Assembly: GCA_017526905.1 (NCBI GenBank)
Contig: JAFXQT010000090.1
Span: 6,927 to 70,926 of the forward strand
DNA: 64,000 nt
Direction of reading: 5' to 3'
Source: Bacteroidaceae bacterium
GTDB lineage: Bacteria > Bacteroidota > Bacteroidia > Bacteroidales > Bacteroidaceae
Translations under genes and position numbers: made by a program
Notes under the pieces: generated by a model
What the model was told of the DNA's origin: nothing
The model's database searches: none
Seen by the model: the letters and a program-made list of their open reading frames with translations, nothing else
Shown: one piece after another, positions 48,972 to 58,272 of the stretch
Layout of the letters: every line of letters starts with the position of its first letter
Numbering within the stretch: position 1 is the first letter of the stretch

Positions 48972-50854
48972 AGCGGCAATGTGACGTTGATTTCTGTTCC
49001 TTCGTTTGGGCTGGTAAGCACCCGCAGCGTGCCGCGGAAGGCTTCGGTTCGTTCGCGGATGTTCTGCAGGCCCATGCCCTTGGCATCGGCCATGCCTTTG
49101 CCATCGTCGCCGACGGTCAGCGTCACCTCGCGGGCGGTCTGCATCAGCTGGATGTCGATACGTGAAGCCTCGGCATACTTCAGGGCGTTGTTCACCAGTT
49201 CGTAGGCGCAACGGTAGAGTGTCAGTTCGCGCTCGCGGTCGAGCCGGATGTCGCCATAGGCCTGAAACGCAGCCCCAGGCACAGAGCGTGCAAAGTCGCG
49301 AAGGGCCGGCACCAGCCCGCCGCGCAGCAGCTCTTCGGGCATCAGGTGATGGGCCACGCGGCGCAGTTCCTCGATCGTAGCATCCAATAGCTTGAGATAT
49401 TCACTCCCCTCTCCCTTTGGAGTGGGGTCGGGGGTGAGGCTTTTTATTCTCAGCAACGACAACATACCGCCCAGCGAATCGTGCAGTTCGCGTGCCAGGA
49501 TATGCCGCTCTTTCGCCTCGGTCTGCAACGCCACCCTGGCGGCGAGCAGTGCCTTTTGCCGACGGTGTGCCAGCTGGAAATAGACCATCAGGGCAATGGC
49601 CGCCAACAACAGCGCTACGGCCAGGGCCAACAGCCACCGCCAGTGCCGCTGCTCACTGGCCAGTTGTGCTATCCGAACCTCCTTCTTCTCCGTTTCGTAG
49701 AGCACCTCCATCTGCGAAAGTCCGCTCTGGTAGTGGTCGGTGGCGTAGCGGTTCATCAGGCCGATGGCCTTCTGCATACAGGCGCGGGCATTGGCCTTCT
49801 GCCCCAGTTCGGTGTAGATTTCGGCCAGCAGCATGTAGCCGCCACGGTCGGCAACGGTGGCTGCGGAGTCGGGGTGGACGCTCTGCAGGGCGTAGCCGAG
49901 TGCCTGCTGCCAGTGGTGCTCGGCCATTGCCACCTCGCAGGCGGCCATATAGATCTCGGCGGCATCGTCGAACATAACCTCGGCGCTATCGATGTAGGGC
50001 AGCGCTTCTTCCACACAGGCTTTGGCTGCCGCCACGTCCTCATGGCCCTCCATCAAGAGGATGCGGGCCTTGCTGGCCAGCGTGTAGGCAAAGTCCTGGG
50101 GCTCCTCCTTGCGGTGGGGGCGATAGTAGGCCAGCGCTTCGTTGGCAGCCTGCAGGGCCTTGGCGTGCCGCGCAGTGTCGAAGTACACGCCCGCGAGACC
50201 TTTCTTGGGCAGGGTCATCATCAGCGAGTCGGCCGCTGCCTCGGCCTTCCCGATGGCCTTCAGGTAGTTGCGCTCGGCCTCGTCGTAGTTGCCCATCTGG
50301 GCGTACAGTTCTCCTATATTATAATAGAGGATGGTCTGGCTCTCCCGCCAGTCGTGCTTCTCGAAGATGGGCAGCGCCTGTTGGTAGTAGTGGATGGCCA
50401 GGTGGCCCTGGTCCTGCATGTTGTAGAGGTTGCCCAGACTGCCGTAAATGACCGAGCGTGCATCGTCGATGTCCTCCTCGGTGTAGCGCTTCATCGTGGC
50501 CATGGTGTCGACGACGGCCAGCGCCTGCCGGTACAATGCGGCGGCCTCGCCGTACTCCTCGCGGCCATAGTGCATCTGTGCAAAAAGGCGCAGCACGTTC
50601 TGCCGCACGTACAGGCCGTTTTGCTTATAGCTTAGGGCCAGCGCCTTGCGGCCGTAGTCGGCGGCCTTGGCGGCATCATAGTTCAAATAGCCGCGCATCA
50701 GCTCGTCGTAGGCACGCAGAAGGTCGTCGCCTTTGGGCGGATTGCTGCTGTTCAGTGCCGCTTCCAGGGAATCGACACGGGCATTGCGATGGTCATTGTA
50801 GGCCTGGGCCGCAAGGCTGACCATAAGACATAGTGTCAGGCACAGATACTTCAT
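48968..50854 (-). CDS. TPR-repeat sensor histidine kinase (HisKA_3 / NarX-like)
   Basis: Signal peptide (MKYLCLTLCLMVSLAAQA), multiple TPR-like repeats, a single TM (WRWLLALAVALLLAAIALMVYF), H-box ARELHDSLGG and HATPase_c (DDGKGM, GMGLQNIRER). I chose the start at 50854. The ORF is open to 51157. Confidence 0.8.
   Translation of the reverse strand: MKYLCLTLCLMVSLAAQAYNDHRNARVDSLEAALNSSNPPKGDDLLRAYDELMRGYLNYDAAKAADYGRKALALSYKQNGLYVRQNVLRLFAQMHYGREEYGEAAALYRQALAVVDTMATMKRYTEEDIDDARSVIYGSLGNLYNMQDQGHLAIHYYQQALPIFEKHDWRESQTILYYNIGELYAQMGNYDEAERNYLKAIGKAEAAADSLMMTLPKKGLAGVYFDTARHAKALQAANEALAYYRPHRKEEPQDFAYTLASKARILLMEGHEDVAAAKACVEEALPYIDSAEVMFDDAAEIYMAACEVAMAEHHWQQALGYALQSVHPDSAATVADRGGYMLLAEIYTELGQKANARACMQKAIGLMNRYATDHYQSGLSQMEVLYETEKKEVRIAQLASEQRHWRWLLALAVALLLAAIALMVYFQLAHRRQKALLAARVALQTEAKERHILARELHDSLGGMLSLLRIKSLTPDPTPKGEGSEYLKLLDATIEELRRVAHHLMPEELLRGGLVPALRDFARSVPGAAFQAYGDIRLDRERELTLYRCAYELVNNALKYAEASRIDIQLMQTAREVTLTVGDDGKGMADAKGMGLQNIRERTEAFRGTLRVLTSPNEGTEINVTLPL
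49402..49440. repeat. solo type-b arm inside the TPR histidine kinase CDS
   Basis: CACTCCCCTCTCCCTTTGGAGTGGGGTCGGGGGTGAGGC, translated as SLTPDPTPKGEGSE. Confidence 0.75.
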
Positions 50855-50862
50855 AACAGGCG

Positions 50863-50870
50863 CAAAGCTA
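50863..50870 (-). promoter_or_regulatory. Bacteroidota -7 promoter box (TAnnTTTG)
   Basis: Minus strand reads TAGCTTTG, ~9 nt upstream of the kinase ATG at 50854. The leader would be very short. Confidence 0.4.
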
Positions 50871-50891
50871 CAATTTTCTTTCCAGAACTCA

Positions 50892-50953
50892 CCACCCAAA
50901 CGGGTGGAAAATTGTTTTTGTAACGTGGAGCGCCACCCAAAAGGGTGGAAAAT
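50892..50953. promoter_or_regulatory. two copies of a 21-nt palindrome-containing motif (candidate operator pair)
   Basis: CCACCCAAACGGGTGGAAAAT (50892-50912) and CCACCCAAAAGGGTGGAAAAT (50933-50953), 41 bp apart. They lie in the divergent region between the TPR kinase/LuxR operon and the LRR gene. Confidence 0.45.
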
Positions 50954-51010
50954 AGCCCCTTCGCTTGCAATTCGCGGGCCACGAGGCGGGCGGAACTGCG
51001 GAATTATGCC

Positions 51011-51018
51011 TAACTTTG
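51011..51018 (+). promoter_or_regulatory. Bacteroidota -7 promoter box (TAnnTTTG)
   Basis: TAACTTTG, 33 nt upstream of the LRR protein ATG. Confidence 0.55.
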
Positions 51019-51050
51019 CGGAGAGTGTATCAACATTACATCCGTTTATT

Positions 51051-53003
51051 ATGAAGAAGACATTACTTACCTTGGCAGCCCTCGGGCTGATGTATAGCTC
51101 GGCGCAGGCCAGCGTAGTGATAAACCAGACGAACTTCCCCGATGAGGCGTTGCGCAACTATGCATCGGAATACGACGAGGATGGCAACGGCACACTGAGC
51201 GACGCCGAGCTGGCTACGATTACAATCATCAATGCCGGCGGCATTCTGAACCTGAAGGGCGCCGAACATTTCAAGAACCTGGAGGAGCTCCACCTGTGGG
51301 GCTATTCGGAAGAGGAAAGCATCCGGGCAATCGACCCCAGCGTATTTCCAAAACTCTATCGTTTCACCTTGGGGGATTGTAATGGCGTAACGACCCTGGA
51401 CTTCAGTAAGAACACGATGTTTGAGACCATAGAGCTGTCGCACTGCCCCAACGTCCAAGCCCTCTCGCTGCCAACCAGCGTGAAAGAAATCCAACTGAAC
51501 GGCACGCCGAAGCTGACGGCGCTCAACGTCAGCAAGTTGACTAACCTGACGGGATTATGGCTACAGCATACGGGCATCACCGACCTCGACTTCTCGAACC
51601 ATCCCGCCATCCAGCTCGTCAGCATTCAGGGCGAGGAGGATGCTGTCGATAAGATGAACTCGCTGAACCTTCAGAACTGTGCTGCCTTGGAGAATGTGGA
51701 TATCCGCTACACCACCATCAAGTCGCTCTCGATGAAGCACCTGCCCATCGTCCGCACGCTGATGATGCTGAACAACGACATCACCACCATCACCATCGAC
51801 GACTGCGAGGAGTTCAACGACATCACCTGCGACCATAATGTTTTAGGCACGCTCAGCCTGACGAACAACCCTGAACTCAGAGTCGTCAACTGCGAGGACA
51901 ACCAGTTGCAGGTGCTCATTGCCGACAACTGCCCGGTGCTCGGACGGGTGCAGGCTTTCAACAACCGCCTGATGTGGCTCGACCTGAAAGACGTGGTGAA
52001 AGGCAATGTGGACGAAAGCATACTGAAACTCGACAACCAGCAGCCCACCGTGCAAGCCGTGAAGCTGTCGCCGACCGAGGTGGGACTGCGCGTGCATGAG
52101 CGCCTTGATGTCAGCCGTGTGCTGAACCTGCGCGCCAAAGGTCAGGCCCAGACACCGAAGGAAGTCACAGTCGATGGCATCCGCTACTTCGTCATCTACG
52201 ACAACGGCCCCGACACGCCCAACCTCGTGGGCAGCGACTGCGGCTACGAGTACAACACGAAGTGGCCCTATACCTGGCAGGAAGGCAACACAAAGGACAA
52301 CCGCCTGCCCGTGACGCTGAACGTGACGAGCTGGACGAAGCACCAGGCCTTCCTGACGCTATCGGCGAGCCGCGTGGAGGGCCGCTACGGCGAGCCTGCC
52401 CCGGCGGCACCCACCGTGACCCGCTCGCAGGACTACGACGGACGGATCACCTTCACGTCAAGCAACGAGAAGGTGGTGAAGGTGAATGCCCAAACCGGCG
52501 AACTGACCGTTGTCGGTGCCGGCACCGCCTACATCAGCGTCGGCGGCACAGAGACCGACTACCGCCTGGCTCCCGCCACAAGGACCTATACCGTATGGAT
52601 AGACAAGGCCACGCCGACCTTCTCCTTCGAAAAGACGGCTGTCGCCACCACCCTCGGTGCCGCCGTGCAAGAGAACAAGCTCAGCATCGGCCTCTACGAC
52701 GGCGAGGTCGAGTACACGTCGAGCGACGAGCAGATTGCCACCGTAGGGCAGGACGGCGTGGTAACGGCCCTGGCCATTGGCGAAGTGACCATCACAGCAA
52801 CGGGCGTCGAGACAGACAACTGCTACGAGGCCCAAGAGGCTCAGTATCAGCTTACCATTTCCGCCCCCTCCGGCATCGGCACCACAGCCACCGACACTGT
52901 CGGCACAGACAGGGCCTACGACCTGAAAGGCCGGAAAGTGAGCCTGCCGACGGCCCACAAAGGGGTGTATATTGTGGCTGGGAAGAAAGTGGTGAAGACA
53001 TAA
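51051..53003 (+). CDS. leucine-rich-repeat surface protein with Big_2-like Ig domains and T9SS C-terminal domain
   Basis: Signal peptide (MKKTLLTLAALGLMYSSAQA). About 12 LRR units of 22-24 aa (e.g. LTALNVSKLTNLTGLWLQHTGITDLDFS). Two Ig-like segments (ITFTSSNEKVVKVNAQTGELTVVGAGTAYISV; VEYTSSDEQIATVGQDGVVTALAIGEVTITA). CTD: YDLKGRKVSLPTAHKGVYIVAGKKVVKT. Confidence 0.8.
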   Translation: MKKTLLTLAALGLMYSSAQASVVINQTNFPDEALRNYASEYDEDGNGTLSDAELATITIINAGGILNLKGAEHFKNLEELHLWGYSEEESIRAIDPSVFPKLYRFTLGDCNGVTTLDFSKNTMFETIELSHCPNVQALSLPTSVKEIQLNGTPKLTALNVSKLTNLTGLWLQHTGITDLDFSNHPAIQLVSIQGEEDAVDKMNSLNLQNCAALENVDIRYTTIKSLSMKHLPIVRTLMMLNNDITTITIDDCEEFNDITCDHNVLGTLSLTNNPELRVVNCEDNQLQVLIADNCPVLGRVQAFNNRLMWLDLKDVVKGNVDESILKLDNQQPTVQAVKLSPTEVGLRVHERLDVSRVLNLRAKGQAQTPKEVTVDGIRYFVIYDNGPDTPNLVGSDCGYEYNTKWPYTWQEGNTKDNRLPVTLNVTSWTKHQAFLTLSASRVEGRYGEPAPAAPTVTRSQDYDGRITFTSSNEKVVKVNAQTGELTVVGAGTAYISVGGTETDYRLAPATRTYTVWIDKATPTFSFEKTAVATTLGAAVQENKLSIGLYDGEVEYTSSDEQIATVGQDGVVTALAIGEVTITATGVETDNCYEAQEAQYQLTISAPSGIGTTATDTVGTDRAYDLKGRKVSLPTAHKGVYIVAGKKVVKT

Positions 53004-53072
53004 GGGACACAAGCTCAGCATCGGCCTATCCAACTAAGCACAACTGCTGCAAACAGTTTATCAGCTTGAGCG

Positions 53073-53105
53073 ACACACGCCCCACACACAGGACGGGGCG
53101 TGTGT
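53073..53105 (+). terminator. terminator-like hairpin after the LRR gene
   Basis: ACACACGCCCC - 11-nt loop - GGGGCGTGTGT. The T-run is weak. Confidence 0.5.
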
Positions 53106-53145
53106 TAAAGTCTGTTATTACAGCCCTACATTGGGGTAAATGCAG

Positions 53146-53153
53146 TAACTTTG
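53146..53153 (+). promoter_or_regulatory. Bacteroidota -7 promoter box (TAnnTTTG)
   Basis: TAACTTTG, 8 nt upstream of the AraC ATG (near-leaderless). Confidence 0.45.
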
Positions 53154-53160
53154 TGCTGCA

Positions 53161-54066
53161 ATGACGATAGACTTGTACATCAACGAAGCGAACGACTACG
53201 CACGGGATATCGGTGCGCCGGTGTACCATCCGCACGTCTCGGTGATACACTACGACGAGGTGGGCGCGATACGCCACACGCTGAACCGCACAGGCTGCTA
53301 TGGCATCTTTATGCAAGAGGAGTTTCCGGAGGGGCTGGTTTATGGCATCGGCACGTATCATGAGGGCGACGGATCGCTGATTGCCTTCTCGCCTGGGCAG
53401 ATAGGCGGCAAGCCGGACGACGGCACACGCCGGCAGTACCACGGTTGGGTGCTGCTGTTTGACAGCCAGTTCATACAAGGTTCGGCCATCGAACAAAGGC
53501 TCGACGGCTATCAGTTCTTCTCCTACCACTCCAACGAAGCCCTTGTGCTGACGGCCCAGGAGAAGGACGCGCTGGCTCAGCTCATGGCCAACCTGCGCCG
53601 GGAACTGGCAACACAGGCGCAGGCGCTGGGACACGACGACATCGTCAGAGACCACATCCTGCTTATCCTTGACTACTGCAACCGCTTCTACATGCGCCAG
53701 TTCAAGGAGATGACGGCCCAGGGGAGCGACATCCTGAGCCGCTTCCAACAGGTGCTGACCGACTACTACGCGCGTGGCATGCAGCGTGCGAACGGCCTGC
53801 CCAGCGTGAAGTTCTGCGCCAGCGAGCTGTGCCTTTCGCCGAGCTACCTTGGCGACATCATCCGAGACGCGCTGGGCGAGAGCCCCAAGGACTACATCCG
53901 CAGCTTCGTTGTGATGCGTGCCAAGAGCCTCATCCTCAGCGGCAGGAGCATTGTCCAGGTGTCTGAAGACCTGGGCTTTGAATACCCCCAGCACTTCACG
54001 CGGATGTTCAAGAACGCAACGGGCCAGACCCCGCGCCAGTTCTTCGACAGCCAGCGTAAAAGGTGA
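53161..54066 (+). CDS. AraC-family transcriptional regulator
   Basis: 301 aa. C-terminal double HTH (SVKFCASELCLSPSYLGDIIRDALGESPKDYIRSFVVMRAKSLIL ... VSEDLGFEYPQHFTRMFKNATGQTPRQF). Confidence 0.85.
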   Translation: MTIDLYINEANDYARDIGAPVYHPHVSVIHYDEVGAIRHTLNRTGCYGIFMQEEFPEGLVYGIGTYHEGDGSLIAFSPGQIGGKPDDGTRRQYHGWVLLFDSQFIQGSAIEQRLDGYQFFSYHSNEALVLTAQEKDALAQLMANLRRELATQAQALGHDDIVRDHILLILDYCNRFYMRQFKEMTAQGSDILSRFQQVLTDYYARGMQRANGLPSVKFCASELCLSPSYLGDIIRDALGESPKDYIRSFVVMRAKSLILSGRSIVQVSEDLGFEYPQHFTRMFKNATGQTPRQFFDSQRKR

Positions 54067-54128
54067 GTTACCTCATTTCGGGTAGTTTTGTCCGCAATCT
54101 GTCTATGCAGGTTGCGGTTTTTTCGCCA

Positions 54129-54136
54129 TACCTTTG
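54129..54136 (+). promoter_or_regulatory. Bacteroidota -7 promoter box (TAnnTTTG)
   Basis: TACCTTTG, 24 nt upstream of the RibD_C-family ATG. Confidence 0.5.
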
Positions 54137-54159
54137 CACTCGCAATTCCAACATGACGA

Positions 54160-54846
54160 ATGATGAGACCCTATGTTATTTGCCACATGATGGCCTCGCT
54201 CGACGGCAGGATCGACTGCGCGATGACCGAACAGATAGACGACACCAACCATTATTACGAAGCGTTGGCACAGCTGGGCTGCCCCTCCACACTGGAGGGC
54301 AAGACAACCCTGGCCATGCACTATGCACAGAACGGTGTGTTCCAACCGCAGAAGCCCCGCGAAGATGCAGGCCGGCAATTGTACAAGGCCGTGGAGGCAG
54401 CGGGCTACGCCATCGGCGTTGACACGCACGGGACATTGCTATGGGACGACAACACCACGGAGCTGTTTGGCCGCCCACTGCTGATGATCCTCTCGGAACA
54501 AGCCAGCCAGGAGTATCTTGACTACCTGAAGGGCAAACACATATCTTACATCACAACAGGCCAGGGCAGCACAGACCTTGTTGCGGCCCTGGAAACACTG
54601 CGGACGGTGTTTGGCGTGGAGCGCCTGGCTGTGGTTGGCGGCGGGCACATCAACGGCTCCATGCTCGACCAAGGACTGATTGACGAAGTGAGCATGCTGT
54701 ACGGCTACGGCATTGACGGGCGCGGCGGCATGGCTGCGGCTTTCGATGGCCGGCCAATGGACCGCAAGCCCGTTCGCCTTACCTTCAAAAGCGTGGAGGA
54801 ACAGGATGGCATTGTTTGGATGCGGTACCAAGTAAACAATAAATAA
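54160..54846 (+). CDS. RibD C-terminal domain / dihydrofolate-reductase-like family protein
   Basis: 228 aa. The start (MRPYVICHMMASLDGRID) and the block LAVVGGGHINGSMLDQGLIDEVSML are typical of RibD_C family proteins. Confidence 0.75.
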   Translation: MMRPYVICHMMASLDGRIDCAMTEQIDDTNHYYEALAQLGCPSTLEGKTTLAMHYAQNGVFQPQKPREDAGRQLYKAVEAAGYAIGVDTHGTLLWDDNTTELFGRPLLMILSEQASQEYLDYLKGKHISYITTGQGSTDLVAALETLRTVFGVERLAVVGGGHINGSMLDQGLIDEVSMLYGYGIDGRGGMAAAFDGRPMDRKPVRLTFKSVEEQDGIVWMRYQVNNK

Positions 54847-54855
54847 GCGACAACG

Positions 54856-55959
54856 ATGAAGAAGGTAGTAATGGCTGCCATGCTCGGAGCCGGAGTGCTC
54901 GCTGCATGCAATCAAAAGGACAATCAAACCAAAACAGACGATAATATGACTACTTTAGTATTGACACAGGAGTGGGACAAGACGTTCCCGAAGAGCGACA
55001 AGGTGAACCACCGGAAGGTGACCTTCCACAACCGTTACGGCTTTGAACTGGCTGCCGACATGTACACGCCGAAGGATGCCGAGGGCCGCAAGCTCGCTGC
55101 CATCGCCGTGAGCGGACCTTTCGGAGCGGTGAAGGAGCAGTCCAGCGGCCTCTACGCCCAGCACATGGCCGAACGCGGATTCCTGACCATTGCCTTCGAC
55201 CCCTCGTTTACGGGCGAGAGCAGCGGTGAGCCCCGCCGCATGGCATCGCCCGACATCAACACCGAGGACTTCCTGGCTGCCGTGGATTTTCTCTCCGTGC
55301 AGGATAATGTCGACGCCGAGCGCATCGGCATCATCGGCATCTGCGGATGGGGTGGCATGGCCGTGAATGCCGCTGCCATCGACCCCCGCATCAAGGCCAC
55401 CGTTGCCACCACGATGTACGATATGACAAAGGTGACCCGCGAGGGCTACTTCCAGAGCGAGGACACCCCTGCACAGCGCATGGAAAAGCGCAAGGCCATG
55501 GCCGCACAGCGCACCGAGGACTACAAGACAGGAACCTACAAGCGTGCAGGCGGCGTGATCGACCCACTGCCGACGGATGCTCCCTGGTTTGTAAAAGACT
55601 ACCATGCCTACTACAAGACAAAGCGCGGCTATCATGAGCGCTCGGGCAACTCGACCGACGGGTGGAACGTCACGGGCTGTCAGTCGTTCCTCAACCAACC
55701 CATCCTGGCCTTCGCCGCCGAGATAGAGAGCCCCGTGCTGCTCATCCACGGCGAGAAAGCCCACTCGCGCTATTTCTCCGAGTATGCCTTCGAGAAAATG
55801 ACGGGCAAGCACGTCGAGGGCCACAGCGCCAAGGAAGGCAACAAGGAACTCTACATCGTTCCCGGCGCCTCGCATGTTGACCTGTACGACGACGTGGCCG
55901 GTGTCATCCCCTACGACAAGCTGGAGGCTTTCTTCGACGAGAACCTGAAACCCGAATAA
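54856..55959 (+). CDS. alpha/beta hydrolase lipoprotein
   Basis: Lipobox (LGAGVLAAC). Nucleophile-elbow-like IGICGWGG, with Cys in place of Ser as in dienelactone-hydrolase-like enzymes. LLIHGEKAH and ASHVDLYD blocks. Confidence 0.7.
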   Translation: MKKVVMAAMLGAGVLAACNQKDNQTKTDDNMTTLVLTQEWDKTFPKSDKVNHRKVTFHNRYGFELAADMYTPKDAEGRKLAAIAVSGPFGAVKEQSSGLYAQHMAERGFLTIAFDPSFTGESSGEPRRMASPDINTEDFLAAVDFLSVQDNVDAERIGIIGICGWGGMAVNAAAIDPRIKATVATTMYDMTKVTREGYFQSEDTPAQRMEKRKAMAAQRTEDYKTGTYKRAGGVIDPLPTDAPWFVKDYHAYYKTKRGYHERSGNSTDGWNVTGCQSFLNQPILAFAAEIESPVLLIHGEKAHSRYFSEYAFEKMTGKHVEGHSAKEGNKELYIVPGASHVDLYDDVAGVIPYDKLEAFFDENLKPE

Positions 55960-55988
55960 ACAGCATCGGCCAAGCCGGAACCTATGCG

Positions 55989-56030
55989 AAAAGGTCCTGT
56001 AAGGAGCATGCCCCCCTTACAGGACCTTTT
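55989..56030. terminator. bidirectional rho-independent terminator
   Basis: AAAAGGTCCTGTAAGG - 10-nt loop - CCTTACAGGACCTTTT between the convergent hydrolase (+) and Fe-ADH (-) genes. The A/T runs form part of both arms. Confidence 0.8.
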
Positions 56031-56052
56031 CAAGTGGCCGCAGATGGTGTTC

Positions 56053-57246
56053 TCAGGCTGTGCCGTTGGCCATTCGGTAGATGGTGCGCATGGCCTCGGC
56101 ATCAATCTTCTCCATGGCGCCGACACAGATGGTGCCGCCATTTGAGCACTTATCCACCAGCGTGTCTATTTCGGCCTCGGTGAGTGGCCGGCCGAGCAAT
56201 TCGGGCACGTTGGTGGGCATGCCAATCTTCCGATAGAACTCCTCAATGGCCTGGATGCCACGCTCGGCGGTGTCGGCCGGGTGTGCGAAATCATTGGGCA
56301 CTCCCATCACATTCACCGCAAACTGAACGAAACGGCTGAGATGGCGGCCACAGACGAAACGCGCCCACGAAGGCCACAAGGCGGCAAGACCGGCGCCATG
56401 TGTCACACCGAACAGGGCGCTAAGTTCGTGTTCCAGCTTGTGGGTGGCAAAGTCCTTCTCGGTGCCACACTCCGTAAGGTCGTTGTGCGCCAGCGACCCG
56501 GCCCACATAATCTGCGCCCGCAGACGGTAGTCGGTGGGCGCATCCAGCACCGCTATGGCAGCCTCCTTGACGGTGCGCAGCAGCGCCTCGCTGATGGCGT
56601 CGGTCAGCGTCATGTCCTCGTACTTCGAGAAATAGCGCTCCATGGTGTGCATCATGATGTCGGTGGCGCCGGCGGCCGTCTGATAGGCAGGAAGGGTATA
56701 GGTGCGCTCGGGGTTCATCACGGCGAAACGGCAGCGGCACAGGTCGCTGTTCACGCCCCGCTTCAGCAGGCTCTCGTCGTGTGTGATGACACAACTGGAC
56801 GACATCTCTGAACCGGCAGCGGGAATGGTCAGCACCACACCGATGGGCAGGCACGCCTGGGGCACTGCCCTACCCTGCCAGAAATCCCACACGTCACCGC
56901 TGTAGGGCACGCCATAGCCGATGGCCTTGGCCGAGTCGATGACGCTGCCGCCACCCACAGCAAGGATGAAATCCACACCTTCGCGCCGGCACATTTCGAT
57001 GCCTTGGCGCACCTTGGACAGCAACGGATTGGGCACCACGCCGCCCAGCTCGCAGAAGCTGATGCCAGCATTCTGAAGCTGGCTGCGCACCACGCCGAGC
57101 AGGCCCGACCGCTCGGCCGAACCGCCGCCATAGTGTATGAGAACCTTGTGACCACCGGCGGCCACCACTAAACGTCCGATTTGCTGTTCGGACTCGCGCC
57201 CGAACACCACTCGTGTGGGTGCGTAGAAATTGAAATCCTTAATCAT
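56053..57246 (-). CDS. iron-containing (group III) alcohol dehydrogenase
   Basis: 397 aa. GGGSVIDSAKAIG NAD-binding block and metal-binding histidines (HKLEHELSALFGVTHGAG). Butanol-dehydrogenase-like. Confidence 0.9.
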   Translation of the reverse strand: MIKDFNFYAPTRVVFGRESEQQIGRLVVAAGGHKVLIHYGGGSAERSGLLGVVRSQLQNAGISFCELGGVVPNPLLSKVRQGIEMCRREGVDFILAVGGGSVIDSAKAIGYGVPYSGDVWDFWQGRAVPQACLPIGVVLTIPAAGSEMSSSCVITHDESLLKRGVNSDLCRCRFAVMNPERTYTLPAYQTAAGATDIMMHTMERYFSKYEDMTLTDAISEALLRTVKEAAIAVLDAPTDYRLRAQIMWAGSLAHNDLTECGTEKDFATHKLEHELSALFGVTHGAGLAALWPSWARFVCGRHLSRFVQFAVNVMGVPNDFAHPADTAERGIQAIEEFYRKIGMPTNVPELLGRPLTEAEIDTLVDKCSNGGTICVGAMEKIDAEAMRTIYRMANGTA

Positions 57247-57274
57247 AAGTATGCTACATTTGCGCGTTTCGCCG

Positions 57275-57282
57275 CAAAGATA
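57275..57282 (-). promoter_or_regulatory. Bacteroidota -7 promoter box (TAnnTTTG)
   Basis: Minus strand reads TATCTTTG, ~29 nt upstream of the Fe-ADH ATG. Confidence 0.55.
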
Positions 57283-57357
57283 GCAAAACTATTTTTCATA
57301 CGCGCGACGGCCATCGCAAAAAAGCACTGCTTGAAGGCTATATTTGCCTTTTTAAAA

Positions 57358-58272
57358 CTATTCTGCTCTCCGGAACACCAGCCAGGGAATGACGCCCGCC
57401 CATTTCCGGTGTGGATACCGACCGGCATCGCCGATGTCATGCCGCACGCCGTCGGCCGAACGGTAAAAACTGTAGTCGGTGCCGCCGGTGATATAGATGG
57501 CATCGATGAACCCGTATTCGCGCAAGGCATCTGCAAAGTCCCAAAGCGTCTCTTTATAGCGAGTGGCTATGTAATAGAGCATATCGCCCTTACGCCCGAT
57601 GGCACGGCGCTCCACCTTGCCATGCAGGTAAAAGCGCTTGGGGATGGTGTTGGCGCTGACCAGCACGAACTGGCGGAAGAACGATCCGCCCAACGGCTGG
57701 ACGTAGTTCTTGACCTCATCGCTCCTGCCCACGCCAATGACCATGCGCCCGTCCGCCATGGCCATATAGCCCAGCCTCGAGCGGTCGCTCTGATACTCGG
57801 TGCCATCGGCCACCAGGGTGCCGATATAGGTAGTGTCGGCCTTGTGGTCGGCACAACGGCAGTACAAGAACACGGAAGCATCGGCTGTATCGGGCTCTTC
57901 GAACTGGATGCTGGCCTGCAACCCATGTATGGCATAGAAATCCATGGCCACACCCAAGATGCTGTCGCTCGTGCTGACCACCTCCGGCTCAGCGGCGGTA
58001 AGGGGCGCTTTCAGTTTCTGGATGTTCTGGGCGGGCGTGGTTGATACCTCGATGCCTATGCGGTAATAATAGGCCCATTGCCTGTACCCGGCTACGAGGG
58101 CCGTCAGCAGCAGGACCGTGCCCACCACAACAAGCGCCCATTGACGCCATGTGCGTTGGCGCACCGCCCCCCCAGCCGGCTTTCTTTTGTTCAGTCCAGG
58201 CATCTCTTCATCATCGCGTTCGATGACGATGACGGGCACTTCTTGGCCGAGTTGGCCGGTCTGTTCACTCAT
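57358..58272 (-). CDS. single-pass membrane protein with phosphodiester-glycosidase-like (DUF2233-like) extracytoplasmic domain
   Basis: 304 aa. Charged N-terminus, one TM (WALVVVGTVLLLTALVAGY), and a C-terminal domain whose pattern resembles NAGPA/DUF2233 (ERRAIGRKGDMLYYIATRYKETLWDFADALREYGFIDAIYITGG). The family call is from memory of the motif pattern only. The start overlaps the upstream stop by 8 nt. Confidence 0.5.
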   Translation of the reverse strand: MSEQTGQLGQEVPVIVIERDDEEMPGLNKRKPAGGAVRQRTWRQWALVVVGTVLLLTALVAGYRQWAYYYRIGIEVSTTPAQNIQKLKAPLTAAEPEVVSTSDSILGVAMDFYAIHGLQASIQFEEPDTADASVFLYCRCADHKADTTYIGTLVADGTEYQSDRSRLGYMAMADGRMVIGVGRSDEVKNYVQPLGGSFFRQFVLVSANTIPKRFYLHGKVERRAIGRKGDMLYYIATRYKETLWDFADALREYGFIDAIYITGGTDYSFYRSADGVRHDIGDAGRYPHRKWAGVIPWLVFRRAE

